Origin: Candidatus Dormiibacterota bacterium
Lineage (GTDB): Bacteria > Chloroflexota > Dormibacteria > Aeolococcales > Aeolococcaceae
Reading direction: 5' to 3'
NCBI GenBank assembly: GCA_036269455.1
Contig: DATARS010000117.1
Location: 260-64,259 of the forward strand
Length of the DNA: 64,000 bases
This document shows positions 8,999 to 17,955 of the stretch, one piece after another; positions within the stretch are counted from its first letter, which is position 1, and each line of letters opens with the position of its first letter. A program made the position numbers and the translations under genes. Under the pieces are notes generated by a model. It was not told the DNA's origin, searched no databases, and saw only the letters and a list, made by a program, of their open reading frames with translations.

Positions 8999-10857
8999 GC
9001 GGCCTGCCGCTGCGGGCGCCGGACCGGAGCGCGGTGGGCAACCTCTGGAGCTTCCGTGCCTACGGCCGGCCGCACCTGCGCATTCTCGGCGCCGGTGTGG
9101 TGCTCCGCGCCCTGGAGACGCTCGCCGACCTCGGCCAGCCCTGGCCGCTGGTGGTGATCGTCGACTACGTCATCGGCCACCACACCCCGCACGGTGCCGC
9201 CGCGACCCTGCTCGCGCCCGCCGGCCGGTCGCCGGTGATGCTGCTCACCCTCGCGGCGATCGCCACCCTGGTGCTCGGCGCGGCGAGCGGGCTCTTCGAC
9301 TACCTCGGCGACCGGGTGATGAACAGCGCCGGCGAGCGCATCACCGCGGCGATCCGCGCCGATCTCTTCGCCCATCTGCAGCGGCTGCCGCTGAGCTTCC
9401 ACGACCGGGTCTCGCTCGGCGAGCTGACCAGCCGTCTCACCATGGACACCGACCGCATCGACGACGCGCTCGTCGACGTCTTCTCCACGCTCATGCCCGC
9501 GCTGTTCACCGTGGCCGGACTGCTCGCCGTCACCATGCTCGTCGACTGGCGGCTGGGACTGCTCACCCTCGCCTGCGTGCCGATCCTGGTGGCGGTGATC
9601 AGCCGCTACTCGAAGCTCACCCGGGCGGCGGCGCGCGCGCGGCGGGCCTCGCGGGGTGCGCTCAGCGCCCAGGCCACCGAGGTGCTCTCGGGGATCCGGA
9701 CGGTGATCGCGCTCGGCGGCCAGGAGGTCCACGACCGTGCCTTCGCCGCCGGCAACCAGGCGACCCTCGATGCGGGGCTGCGCTCGGTCGACGTCAGCGC
9801 CCGCTTCACCCCGCTGGTGGAGATCTCCACCCAGGCCGGCACCGCCGCGCTGCTCTGGGTCGGCGGCTTCGGGGTGCTCCACCACAGCTGGAGCCTCGGA
9901 GTCCTGCTCGTGGTGCTCTCCTACGTGCGCACCATGCTCCGGCCGCTGCGCTCGCTCTCGCGGCTCTCGTCGACCCTCGCCACCGGCTCGGCGGCCGCGG
10001 AGCGGGTCTCCGCGGTGCTCGTCGAGCCCCGCAGCGCGCTGGCGCCGCGCATGCCCGGCGACCTCAGTCCGGAGCTCGCGCCCACGGTCCGCGCGCGGGG
10101 GGCCCTGGAGCTGCGTGGCGTGACCGTCGACTACGGCCGCGGCGCGGTGCTCCGCGACGCCTCGCTCGACATCCCCGCAGGACGGCGGGTCGCGCTCGTC
10201 GGCGCCAACGGGGCCGGCAAGTCGTCGCTGCTCTCGCTGATCGCCGGGCTCTATCCGCCGGCGGAGGGCGAGGTGCTGCTCGACGGCTACGTCCTCCAGC
10301 GGCTGCCCGCCGGCTGGCTGCGCGCCCAGCTGTCGGTGGTCCCGCAGGACACCTTCCTCTTCTCCGGATCGCTCTGGGACAACATCCGCTACGGGCGCAT
10401 CGACTGCAGCGACGACGAGGTGATCGCCGCGGCCGAGCGCGCCCTGGTGCTCGAGTTCGCGTCGACGCTCCCCGGCGGCCTGCACGCGCTTCTCGGCGAC
10501 CGCGGCAGCGGCCTCTCCGGAGGGCAGAAGCAGCGCATCTCCATCGCCCGCGCCCTGCTCCGCGACGCCCCGGTGGTGCTCCTCGACGAGCCCACCTCCG
10601 ACCTCGATCCCGAGGCCGAGCGGGTGGTGGTCCGTGCGCTCTGCGAGCTGATGGCGGGACGGACGGTGGTGATGGCGACCCACCGTCCGGCGCTGCTCGA
10701 GCTCGCCGACCGGGTGGTCACGGTGCGCGACGGGAACATCGTCGAGGTGGGCGGCGCGGCGCCGACCCGCGAGGTGCGTGGCCGCCCGGTGCGGCGTCCG
10801 GCGGCGGCCCGTCAGCTGCTCCGCGAGGAGTTGACCGCCGTCTTCCACGGTTGCTAG
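8995..10857 (+). CDS. ABC transporter, fused permease plus ATP-binding domains (exporter type)
   Basis: N-terminal six-TM exporter domain; Walker A GANGAGKSSLLSLIAG, signature LSGGQKQRISIARALL, Walker B VVLLDEPTSDLD, H-loop MATHR. ATGA overlap with the upstream gene. Confidence 0.9.
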   Translation: MSGLPLRAPDRSAVGNLWSFRAYGRPHLRILGAGVVLRALETLADLGQPWPLVVIVDYVIGHHTPHGAAATLLAPAGRSPVMLLTLAAIATLVLGAASGLFDYLGDRVMNSAGERITAAIRADLFAHLQRLPLSFHDRVSLGELTSRLTMDTDRIDDALVDVFSTLMPALFTVAGLLAVTMLVDWRLGLLTLACVPILVAVISRYSKLTRAAARARRASRGALSAQATEVLSGIRTVIALGGQEVHDRAFAAGNQATLDAGLRSVDVSARFTPLVEISTQAGTAALLWVGGFGVLHHSWSLGVLLVVLSYVRTMLRPLRSLSRLSSTLATGSAAAERVSAVLVEPRSALAPRMPGDLSPELAPTVRARGALELRGVTVDYGRGAVLRDASLDIPAGRRVALVGANGAGKSSLLSLIAGLYPPAEGEVLLDGYVLQRLPAGWLRAQLSVVPQDTFLFSGSLWDNIRYGRIDCSDDEVIAAAERALVLEFASTLPGGLHALLGDRGSGLSGGQKQRISIARALLRDAPVVLLDEPTSDLDPEAERVVVRALCELMAGRTVVMATHRPALLELADRVVTVRDGNIVEVGGAAPTREVRGRPVRRPAAARQLLREELTAVFHGC

Positions 10858-11225
10858 GGTCCCGCGGCGTGATCCGCCGAGCTGCCGTGTCCGTCTGCCT
10901 CGGGCTTGCCGGGGTCCTTCCCGCCGCCGCCGTCGGGCACGTCGCCGCCGCGCCGGCCGCTGCGTCGGAGTGCCCCGCCGAGGAGGTGTGCGTCTGGAGC
11001 GGCGCCGGCTACTCCGGGACGGTGACGGTGATCCAGGACGAGGCCTGCGACACCGCGCCGGTGGGGTCGGCGATGGAGAACGACGGCGACACCCTCCAGG
11101 AGCTGCGGGTCTATCCGCAGCCGGGATGCGCCGGCACCGCGGTGGTGGTGAGGGCGGGACAGTCCGCTCCGAACCTCAGCGGGAAGAGCTACCAGAACTG
11201 GCACGACCCCAGGGCGGCGCCGTAG
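10851..11225 (+). CDS. small secreted Cys-containing protein, peptidase-inhibitor I36 (SMPI-like) family candidate
   Basis: Signal-peptide-like N-terminus (RRAAVSVCLGLAGVLPAAAVG). Mature part ECPAEEVCVWSGAGYSGTVTVIQ matches the C-P-x-G-x-x-C-x-Y-S-G-x-G-x-S-G pattern I recall for Streptomyces metalloproteinase inhibitor (family I36); 4 Cys. TTG start overlaps the ABC stop; alternative GTG start at 10869. Confidence 0.5.
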   Translation: MLGSRGVIRRAAVSVCLGLAGVLPAAAVGHVAAAPAAASECPAEEVCVWSGAGYSGTVTVIQDEACDTAPVGSAMENDGDTLQELRVYPQPGCAGTAVVVRAGQSAPNLSGKSYQNWHDPRAAP

Positions 11226-11273
11226 CCGGCCTCGCGTCCCCTTCCGGTTGGATGCGCTGTCTAAACTGAGGGT

Positions 11274-11861
11274 GTGACGCTGCGTCCCCTTCCCAGCCCG
11301 CTGCGCGAGCGGCTCGAGCTGGCCGTCTCCGCCTTCGCCGAGAAGGGATTCGAGGCGACCCGGATGGAGGACGTCGCCGAGGTCACCGGCGTGCCCAAGG
11401 CGACTCTCTACTACCACTTCCAGGGCAAGGAGCAGATCCTCGCCTGGCTGCTGGCCTCGCTGCTCCGCGACGTCGCCGACGAGGTGCAGCGGGCGATCGC
11501 CGGCCCGCAGACAGCCCTGCTCCGGCTCGAGTCGATCGTCCGCGCTCAGCTGCGGGTGATGGCGGCGCGTCCCGGCGCCTGCAGGGTGCTGCTCTTCGAC
11601 CTCAGCCGCGCCGGCCGCATCCCCGAGATCGCCGCCGCGATCGGCGAGGCATTCCTCCTCCCCGTCGCCCGGCTGCTCGCCGAGGGGCGCGCCGACGGCT
11701 CGATCGGCGGACCGACCGACGACGAGGCCACCAGCGCCGCGATCTACGGCGCGGTGACGGTGACCGGGCTCCACTACCTGCTCGCGCACGGAACCCTCGA
11801 CGCCGAGCACGTCGGCGACATCGTGGCCGGCCTGCTCACCCACGGGCTGCGCGCGTCCTGA
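11274..11861 (+). CDS. TetR/AcrR family transcriptional regulator
   Basis: N-terminal HTH FAEKGFEATRMEDVAEVTGVPKATLYYHFQGKEQIL typical of TetR; about 195 aa. Confidence 0.85.
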   Translation: MTLRPLPSPLRERLELAVSAFAEKGFEATRMEDVAEVTGVPKATLYYHFQGKEQILAWLLASLLRDVADEVQRAIAGPQTALLRLESIVRAQLRVMAARPGACRVLLFDLSRAGRIPEIAAAIGEAFLLPVARLLAEGRADGSIGGPTDDEATSAAIYGAVTVTGLHYLLAHGTLDAEHVGDIVAGLLTHGLRAS

Positions 11862-11917
11862 CCTCCACCGGGGACGACGTCGCCATCGACCTGCGGCGAC
11901 TGTCGCCGCTGGACGCG

Positions 11918-13243
11918 GTGCGCCTGGGACGCATCGGCCTGACGCTGACCCGCAACGGGGTGCTCAGCACCGCGCGGCGCGGACCCTTCCTGGTGCTCCG
12001 TCCCCGCGACCAGGGGCTGCTCGCGCTGGCGCGGGCGCTGCGCAAGAGCTTCGTCGAGCTGGGCCCGACCTTCGTCAAGCTCGGCCAGCTCATCGCCTCC
12101 AGCCCGGGCGTCTTCCCCGAGGCGTTCTCCGAGGAGTTCCGCCAGCTGCTCGACGACGTCCCCCCGGAGAAGCCGTCGACGGTGCGCAAGGTCATCGAGG
12201 AGGGGCTCGGCGAGCCGGTGGACCGGCTCTTCGCCTCCTTCGAGGAGCGGCCGCGGGCGGCGGCGTCCATCGCCCAGGTACACCGCGCCCGGCTGCGCGA
12301 CGGCCGGATGGTGGCGGTCAAGGTGCGCCGTCCGGGGCTGAGCACCCGCGTCGAACGCGACCTCCGCCTGATGAAGCTGTTCGCCCTGCCCCTGGAGCGC
12401 GCCGGGTCGCTGGGGAAGGCGATCAGCCCGGTGGCGATCGCCGAGGACTTCGCCGCCAGCCTGCGCACCGAGATGGACCTGCGCATCGAGGCGCGGCGCA
12501 TGGCCCAGTTCGCCCACAACCTCCACCTGGGCGGCGCCAACCCGCGCGTGCACGTCCCGGTGGCGATCGAGGGGATGGTGAGCGAGGCCGTGCTGGTGAT
12601 GAGCTTCATCGACGGCGACCCGATCGACATCGCGGCGCGCCGGCTGGGCAGCACCGCGGTCTTCGACGTCGGCATCGAGGCGATGCGCGCCTGGCTGGAG
12701 GCGGCGCTGCGCCACGGGCTGTTCCACGGCGACGTGCACGCCGCCAACATCTTCTACACCGCCGACGGCGACATCGCCCTGCTCGACTTCGGGATCATGG
12801 GCGAGCTCGACAAACCGCTGCGCCACGTTCTCTGCCAGTCGCTGCCCCGCGCCATCCGCAACGCGGTGCTCCGCGGCGACCCGCGCGGCATCGGCGCGGT
12901 GCTCGAGGAGGCGGGGCTGTGCCGCGGTCCCGTCGACGAGGAGGCGCTGGGCCGCGACGTCGCCGCCATCGTCCTCCATCACCTCGACCGCCCACTCGCG
13001 GAGATCTCCTTTCCCCGCCTGCTCATCGACGTGTTCACGGTGGCGCTGCGCCACCGGCTCACCCTGCCCCGCGAGCTCATCCTCGTCGGCCGCCAGCTGA
13101 TGCTCTTCGAGGGCTATTCGCGGATGGTCGCACCCGACCTCAACATCTTCGCCGAGCCCGAGATCGTCACCTACCTGCTCGACGGGCTCATCGACGCCCG
13201 GGTGCTCGCCCGGCTGCCGGAGATCCTGAGCCGGGTCCACTGA
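11918..13243 (+). CDS. ubiB: ABC1/UbiB-family atypical protein kinase
   Basis: ABC1-family motifs ELGPTFVKLGQLIASSPGVFPEAFSEEF, AAASIAQVHRARLRDGRMVAVKVRRPG, HGDVHAANI, LLDFG. GTG start assumed at 11918. Confidence 0.85.
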   Translation: MRLGRIGLTLTRNGVLSTARRGPFLVLRPRDQGLLALARALRKSFVELGPTFVKLGQLIASSPGVFPEAFSEEFRQLLDDVPPEKPSTVRKVIEEGLGEPVDRLFASFEERPRAAASIAQVHRARLRDGRMVAVKVRRPGLSTRVERDLRLMKLFALPLERAGSLGKAISPVAIAEDFAASLRTEMDLRIEARRMAQFAHNLHLGGANPRVHVPVAIEGMVSEAVLVMSFIDGDPIDIAARRLGSTAVFDVGIEAMRAWLEAALRHGLFHGDVHAANIFYTADGDIALLDFGIMGELDKPLRHVLCQSLPRAIRNAVLRGDPRGIGAVLEEAGLCRGPVDEEALGRDVAAIVLHHLDRPLAEISFPRLLIDVFTVALRHRLTLPRELILVGRQLMLFEGYSRMVAPDLNIFAEPEIVTYLLDGLIDARVLARLPEILSRVH

Positions 13244-13304
13244 TCAAGCCTCATCATCAGCGTCTGCGACGAGGTGCTGCGGCAGCAGGTCGAGGAGGAC
13301 GGTT

Positions 13305-13748
13305 ATGGTGTTCAGGTGTGTCGTGGTCGCCACCGACGGCAGCCGGACGGCCGAGGTGGCGGTTCAGCACGGGATCGCCCTGGCGCGTGGCTCCGCCGCG
13401 CACCTCCACCTCGTCAACGCCCGGAGGTCCGGCGGCGGCCTGATGGCGACCACACACGAGACGGCTGCGTTCGTCGGCACCTGCCTCGCGGAGGAGGCCG
13501 ATGCGCAGGGCAAGCTCGGCGCCACGCTCGAGCGCCGGGCCGCCGAGCTGCGTGCCGAGGGCATCGAGGTCGCCGTCCACTGCCGGGTGGGCGATCCCGC
13601 CGAGGTCATCGTCCGGCTTGCCGAGGAGGTGGGCGCCGACCTCGTCGTCGTCGGCAACCGCGGGATGCAGCGGCGCATGCTCGGCAGCGTCCCCAACTCG
13701 GTGAGCCACCGGGCTCCCTGCTCCGTGCTGATCGTCCGCACCACCTGA
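13305..13748 (+). CDS. universal stress protein (UspA family)
   Basis: USP fold motifs VVVATDGS...ADLVVVGNRG...SVSHRAPCSVLIV; GAGGAGG RBS upstream. Confidence 0.85.
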   Translation: MVFRCVVVATDGSRTAEVAVQHGIALARGSAAHLHLVNARRSGGGLMATTHETAAFVGTCLAEEADAQGKLGATLERRAAELRAEGIEVAVHCRVGDPAEVIVRLAEEVGADLVVVGNRGMQRRMLGSVPNSVSHRAPCSVLIVRTT

Positions 13749-13756
13749 CCGACGGC

Positions 13757-16700
13757 TCAGGGCACGGCCTCGAGGGTGCGGTCGGTGGTGACGTCGAAGG
13801 GCACGCCCTGGTACGTGCCCTGGTCGTGCTCGCTCTCGGTCGCGGCCATGCCGAGCTCGGTGACCCAGCACGACGTGACCTTGCGCGACCCGCTCAGATC
13901 GCCGCTGAAGGTGGTGTCGGACCGGGTCACGGTACAGCCGTGCGGCCGGCCCGCCACGCTCACCGTGCGAGTGCCGGTGACCGTCGTGGTGGTGTGCCCG
14001 TGGGTGCTGCCCGTCGACCAGTCCGAGACGTAGGTGGCGCCGACCCGCACCGGCGATCCGAGCAGGAGGAGCGGCGGCTGGAAGGTTCCGCCGAAGGCGA
14101 GGCCGGTCGTCGACCCCTGGGTCGCCAGCAGCTCCACGCCGCCCGGCGCGTAGCGGCGCTCGTCCTCCTGTGAGCCGGCGTTCGACGACGTGCTCAGCCG
14201 GAGCACCGGGGCGTCGGCGGTGCCGCCGGTGCGGCTGACGCCGGTGGTGACCTCCTCGCTGAACGGCTGCTGCGAGCCGACCACGCCGACTCGCCGGGTG
14301 CCCTCGAGGTGGTACAGCCAGCCGCCGCTGGCGGGGACGGCGATGCGCGCGGCGGACCCGGCCGGTGGCGCCGCCGCCGCGGCGGGGGCGGGCGGACCGG
14401 GGACGGCGGGGGTGGCGCGGGCGCCGGTGCGCGGTGCCGCCACGGGCGCCGTCGCGTGCGCGCTCGCCGCCGGCGCCGGCGCGATCCGCGGAGCCGGGAG
14501 CGCGGCCTGGGGTGCGGTGGCCGCCGGCGCGGCGCCCGGGACTCGACCCGCGGTCAGCCCCTCGGCGAGCGGGGTGCCGGCGAGCACCACCGCCGCCACC
14601 GCGGCGGCGAGACCGAGCTCGGCCGCGGTGGCCCCCAGGCGCAGCGCCCGTCGCGGCCTGGTTCTGGACGAGATCGGCCAGAACGCGAGCGGACCCAGAG
14701 CGATGGTGAGCGCCGGCACCAGCAGCGGGCGCACCAGGAAGGTGTCGATGAGCACGCCGACGGTGACGGCGAAGCCCATCTGCGCGAGCGTGGGCAGCGG
14801 GGCGATCACCATGGCGACGAAGGTCCCGGCGAGGATGAGTCCCGCCGAGGAGATCACCGGGCCGGTGTCGACCAGTCCGCGCACCGCGGCGTCGGCGACC
14901 GGCGCTCCCTGGTCGAGCGCCTCGCGCATCCGGCTGGTGATGAAGATGTTGTAGTCGGCGCCGAGGGCGACGAGGATGACGAAGAGGAAGGGCGGCACCC
15001 AGAACGAGAGGTCCCCCTGGCCAAGGAGGCCGCTGAAGACCACCACGGTCAGCCCCAGCGCGGCGGCGTAGGAGAGCAGCACGGTGGCGAGCAGGTAGAG
15101 CGGCGTCACCGGCGAGCGCAGCAGCAGGGCGAGCACCACCAGGATGGAGACGAGCAGCACCGCGACGATCCGGTGGAAGTCCTCGGAGCCGAGGCGCTCG
15201 ATGTCGGCGAAGAGCGCCGGCGGACCGCCGACCGACAGCCGGGCGCCCGCCAGCGGGCCGCCGCTCAGAGTTGCGGCCGCGGTCGACGCCACCCGCGGGA
15301 TGAGCTGGAGCGCCGCGGGCGCGTAGGGGTCGCCGTGCACCACCACGAGGAGGCGGGTCGAGGTGCCCCCGGCGCCGACGAAGTAGTCCGCCGGCGCGGC
15401 GAGCTGGGGGTAGGCGTGGAGCACCGGCGCGGTGAGGCGCAGCCCCGCCGGTGACCCCATCGCCGAGAGGAGAGGAGTGACGTCGACGCGGTTGGGATCG
15501 ATGCCGAGCGAGCGCATGTCCGCCACCCCGGGCAGGCCGCCGGGGCCCGAGCGCAGCGTGATCGGCGCCCCCGCCGGCTGGGTGGCCGAGCGCACCTCGG
15601 CGACCCCGGGCAGGGCGCGGAGCGCGTCGGTGAGGCGGTCGGTGACGTCGAGCGCGGCGGCGTCGCGCACCGCGCGGGTGCCGTCGACCACCAGCACGAT
15701 GGGGGCGAGCTCGCCGGTGGGGAGGTGGCCGGCGATGGTCTCGGCGCCCTGCCGCGAGTCCGCCGACGGGGGCAGCTCGCGGGCGAGGTCGAAGGACTGG
15801 TGAAAGCCGCGCAGCCCGGTCGCGCAGACCAGCAGGGCGGCGACCACGGCGACGCTGACGGCGACCGGGCGCCGGCGCACCCGAGCTCCCACCCGCTCCC
15901 AGACCCCGGGACCGGTCCGCTGCCGCGGCCGCAGCGCGCGCCCGCCGAGCAGCTCGAGGAGCGCCGGGGTGAGGGTCAGCCCCGCCGCCACGGTCACGGC
16001 GACGGCGACGCCGACGGCCGGGCCGATGGTCCGGTAGATCCCCATCCGGGCGGTGAGCAGGGAGAGGAAGCCGAAGATCACCGTCGCCCCCGAGGCGGCG
16101 ATCACCGGGGCGGTGGCGCGGCGGGCGCGGCGCACCGCGGCGGTGCGCTCGACGCCGGCGCCGAGCTCCTCGCGGTAGCGGGCGACGATGAAGAGGCAGT
16201 AGTCGGTCCCGGCGCCGAAGACCATCACCACCATCAGGGTGGTGGCCAGGCTGGAGACCTCGAGCCCGTGGGTGGCGAGGGTGCCGATGACCCCGAGCGC
16301 GACCGCGAAGGCGATGCCGCTGGTGATCAACGGGACCAGCGCCCCGCGGAGCGAGCGATAGACGAGCAGCAGGATGAGCAGCACCAGCGTCACCGAGGCG
16401 ATGGCGGTGCGGGTGAAGCCGGCCGTGACCTCGCCGGTCTCGTCGGCGCTGAGCCCCGCGACCCCGGAGAGGTGGTGGAGCAGCCCGGGAGGCGCGGTGG
16501 CGTCGAGGCGGGCGCGGAGCCGGGTCACCGCGTCGTCCGCGGCCAGCGAGAAGGGGGCGGGACGCAACCCGACGACGATGAGCGCGGTGGTGCCGTCGGG
16601 CGAGGTGAGCACCGAGGAGAGGCGCGAGAGCCCGCTCGCGGACTCGACGCTCGCCACCGTCCTCGCCATCGCCGGCGACGCCAGCTCCTCGCTCAGCCGG

Positions 16701-16993
16701 GCCTGGTAGGCGTGGTCGGCGGCGGTGAGCCCCCCGTCGCGGTGGAGGACGATCAGGCCGGAGTCGAGCGAGGGGTCGTGGGGGAAGAGGCGGTGGAGCA
16801 GCTGGGCCGTCTGCTGCGAGGGGGCGTCCCGGGGGAGCAGGGCGGTCTCGTCCTGGACCGCGACCGTGGTCAGGGAGGGGGCGGCGAGGAGCGCCAGGGC
16901 CGCGGTGGCCAGCCAGCCGGCGACCACCAGGACGGGTCTGCGGAGCAGCCGGCGGGCGCGGCCGCCGTGGTCGGGTCCCGCCATGACGCGCAC
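13757..16993 (-). CDS. MMPL-family (RND superfamily) membrane transporter with an about 330-aa C-terminal extension (Pro/Ala-rich linker plus Thr/Gly/Ser-rich beta-type domain)
   Basis: MMPL core motifs (VMVFGAGTDYCLFIVARYREEL, GADYNIFITSRMRE) and two repeated 6-TM halves. After the last TM bundle the ORF continues without stops through a PAPAA-rich linker and a domain rich in T/G/S/V with 2 Cys. Confidence 0.8.
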   Translation of the reverse strand: MRVMAGPDHGGRARRLLRRPVLVVAGWLATAALALLAAPSLTTVAVQDETALLPRDAPSQQTAQLLHRLFPHDPSLDSGLIVLHRDGGLTAADHAYQARLSEELASPAMARTVASVESASGLSRLSSVLTSPDGTTALIVVGLRPAPFSLAADDAVTRLRARLDATAPPGLLHHLSGVAGLSADETGEVTAGFTRTAIASVTLVLLILLLVYRSLRGALVPLITSGIAFAVALGVIGTLATHGLEVSSLATTLMVVMVFGAGTDYCLFIVARYREELGAGVERTAAVRRARRATAPVIAASGATVIFGFLSLLTARMGIYRTIGPAVGVAVAVTVAAGLTLTPALLELLGGRALRPRQRTGPGVWERVGARVRRRPVAVSVAVVAALLVCATGLRGFHQSFDLARELPPSADSRQGAETIAGHLPTGELAPIVLVVDGTRAVRDAAALDVTDRLTDALRALPGVAEVRSATQPAGAPITLRSGPGGLPGVADMRSLGIDPNRVDVTPLLSAMGSPAGLRLTAPVLHAYPQLAAPADYFVGAGGTSTRLLVVVHGDPYAPAALQLIPRVASTAAATLSGGPLAGARLSVGGPPALFADIERLGSEDFHRIVAVLLVSILVVLALLLRSPVTPLYLLATVLLSYAAALGLTVVVFSGLLGQGDLSFWVPPFLFVILVALGADYNIFITSRMREALDQGAPVADAAVRGLVDTGPVISSAGLILAGTFVAMVIAPLPTLAQMGFAVTVGVLIDTFLVRPLLVPALTIALGPLAFWPISSRTRPRRALRLGATAAELGLAAAVAAVVLAGTPLAEGLTAGRVPGAAPAATAPQAALPAPRIAPAPAASAHATAPVAAPRTGARATPAVPGPPAPAAAAAPPAGSAARIAVPASGGWLYHLEGTRRVGVVGSQQPFSEEVTTGVSRTGGTADAPVLRLSTSSNAGSQEDERRYAPGGVELLATQGSTTGLAFGGTFQPPLLLLGSPVRVGATYVSDWSTGSTHGHTTTTVTGTRTVSVAGRPHGCTVTRSDTTFSGDLSGSRKVTSCWVTELGMAATESEHDQGTYQGVPFDVTTDRTLEAVP

Positions 16994-17045
16994 CCCCGCC
17001 TCTCCCGATCCTGCTCAGCGAGTATAGACCCGGAGTCCAAATCTG

Positions 17046-17855
17046 TCAGACCGCGGTCGCCCCCGCGTCGATGGCGAGCTGCGCGCCGGTCATGCTCCGC
17101 GCCGCGTCGGAGGCGAGGTAGACGACCAGCTCGGCGATGTCCTCGACCGGGGTGAGCGGCACCGGCAGGATGCTGCCGAAGGACGCCGCGTACTGCGGGT
17201 TGGCGCAGAGGATGTCGAGCACCTCGGTGTTCTCGGTCGCCATCGGGGTGGCGACCCCCCACGGGTGGATCGAGTTCACTCGGATGCCGTGCTCGCCGAG
17301 CTCGATCGCCGCGGACTTGGTCAGCCCCACCAGGCCGTGCTTCGCCGCCGAGTAGTGCGCCTGCCGGGGCAGCGACTTCAGCCCGGCCACCGAGCTGGTG
17401 ACGATCACCGAGCCGCCGCGGCCCTGGGCGATGAGCAGGGGCACGGTGGCCTTCAGGGTGTGCCAGACGCCGGTGAGGTTGGTGTCGATGACCGCGCCCC
17501 AGCGCTCCTCGGAGAGCTCCCAGACATGGCCCCAGTCGAGGATCCCGGCGTTGGCGACGACGACGTCGAGGCCGCCGAGGGCGGCGGCGCCCTCGTCGAC
17601 CGCGGCCTTGAGCGCGGCGTAGTCGCGGACGTCGGCGCGGCGGGCGACGACCCGGCGGCCGCGCTCCTCGACCAGTCGCGCGGTCTCGCGGAGGTCGTCG
17701 GGTGTCGCCGGCGGATAGCCGAGCGGCACCACCTCGGCGCAGACGTCGACGGCGACGATGTCGGCGCCCTCGGCCGCGAGCAGCACCGCCTCGGCGCGCC
17801 CCTGACCGCGCGCCGCGCCGGTGACCAGCGCGACCTTTCCCTCGACCCGGCCCAT
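17046..17855 (-). CDS. SDR-family oxidoreductase, mycofactocin-dependent (carveol dehydrogenase-like) subgroup
   Basis: MGRVEGKVALVTGAARGQGRAEAVLLAAEGADIVAVDVC...VPLGYPPATPDDL; catalytic SAAK-type tetrad region YSAAKHGLVGL. The N-terminal signature GKVAxxTGAARGQGR...GADIxAVDxC matches the mycofactocin-coupled SDR group as I recall it. Confidence 0.75.
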   Translation of the reverse strand: MGRVEGKVALVTGAARGQGRAEAVLLAAEGADIVAVDVCAEVVPLGYPPATPDDLRETARLVEERGRRVVARRADVRDYAALKAAVDEGAAALGGLDVVVANAGILDWGHVWELSEERWGAVIDTNLTGVWHTLKATVPLLIAQGRGGSVIVTSSVAGLKSLPRQAHYSAAKHGLVGLTKSAAIELGEHGIRVNSIHPWGVATPMATENTEVLDILCANPQYAASFGSILPVPLTPVEDIAELVVYLASDAARSMTGAQLAIDAGATAV

Positions 17856-17955
17856 GCGCCGTCCCCCCCGTCTGTATTGCAAGTCTAGACTGGAAGTCTA
17901 ACCAGCTGACCGCCCCCGGCGCCGCCCCGGCCGCCTGCGTCATGCTCTGGGCGCG

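Noticed and set aside
8632-10848. 738-aa minus-strand ORF antisense to the ABC transporter gene
   Set aside because: No motifs, low-complexity R/G/A/E composition; the plus-strand frame contains canonical Walker A, signature and Walker B.
14190-17155. Plus-strand ORFs (14190..14954, 14309..15454, 15725..17155) inside the MMPL gene
   Set aside because: Antisense GC-frame artefacts; the minus-strand frame has MMPL motifs throughout.
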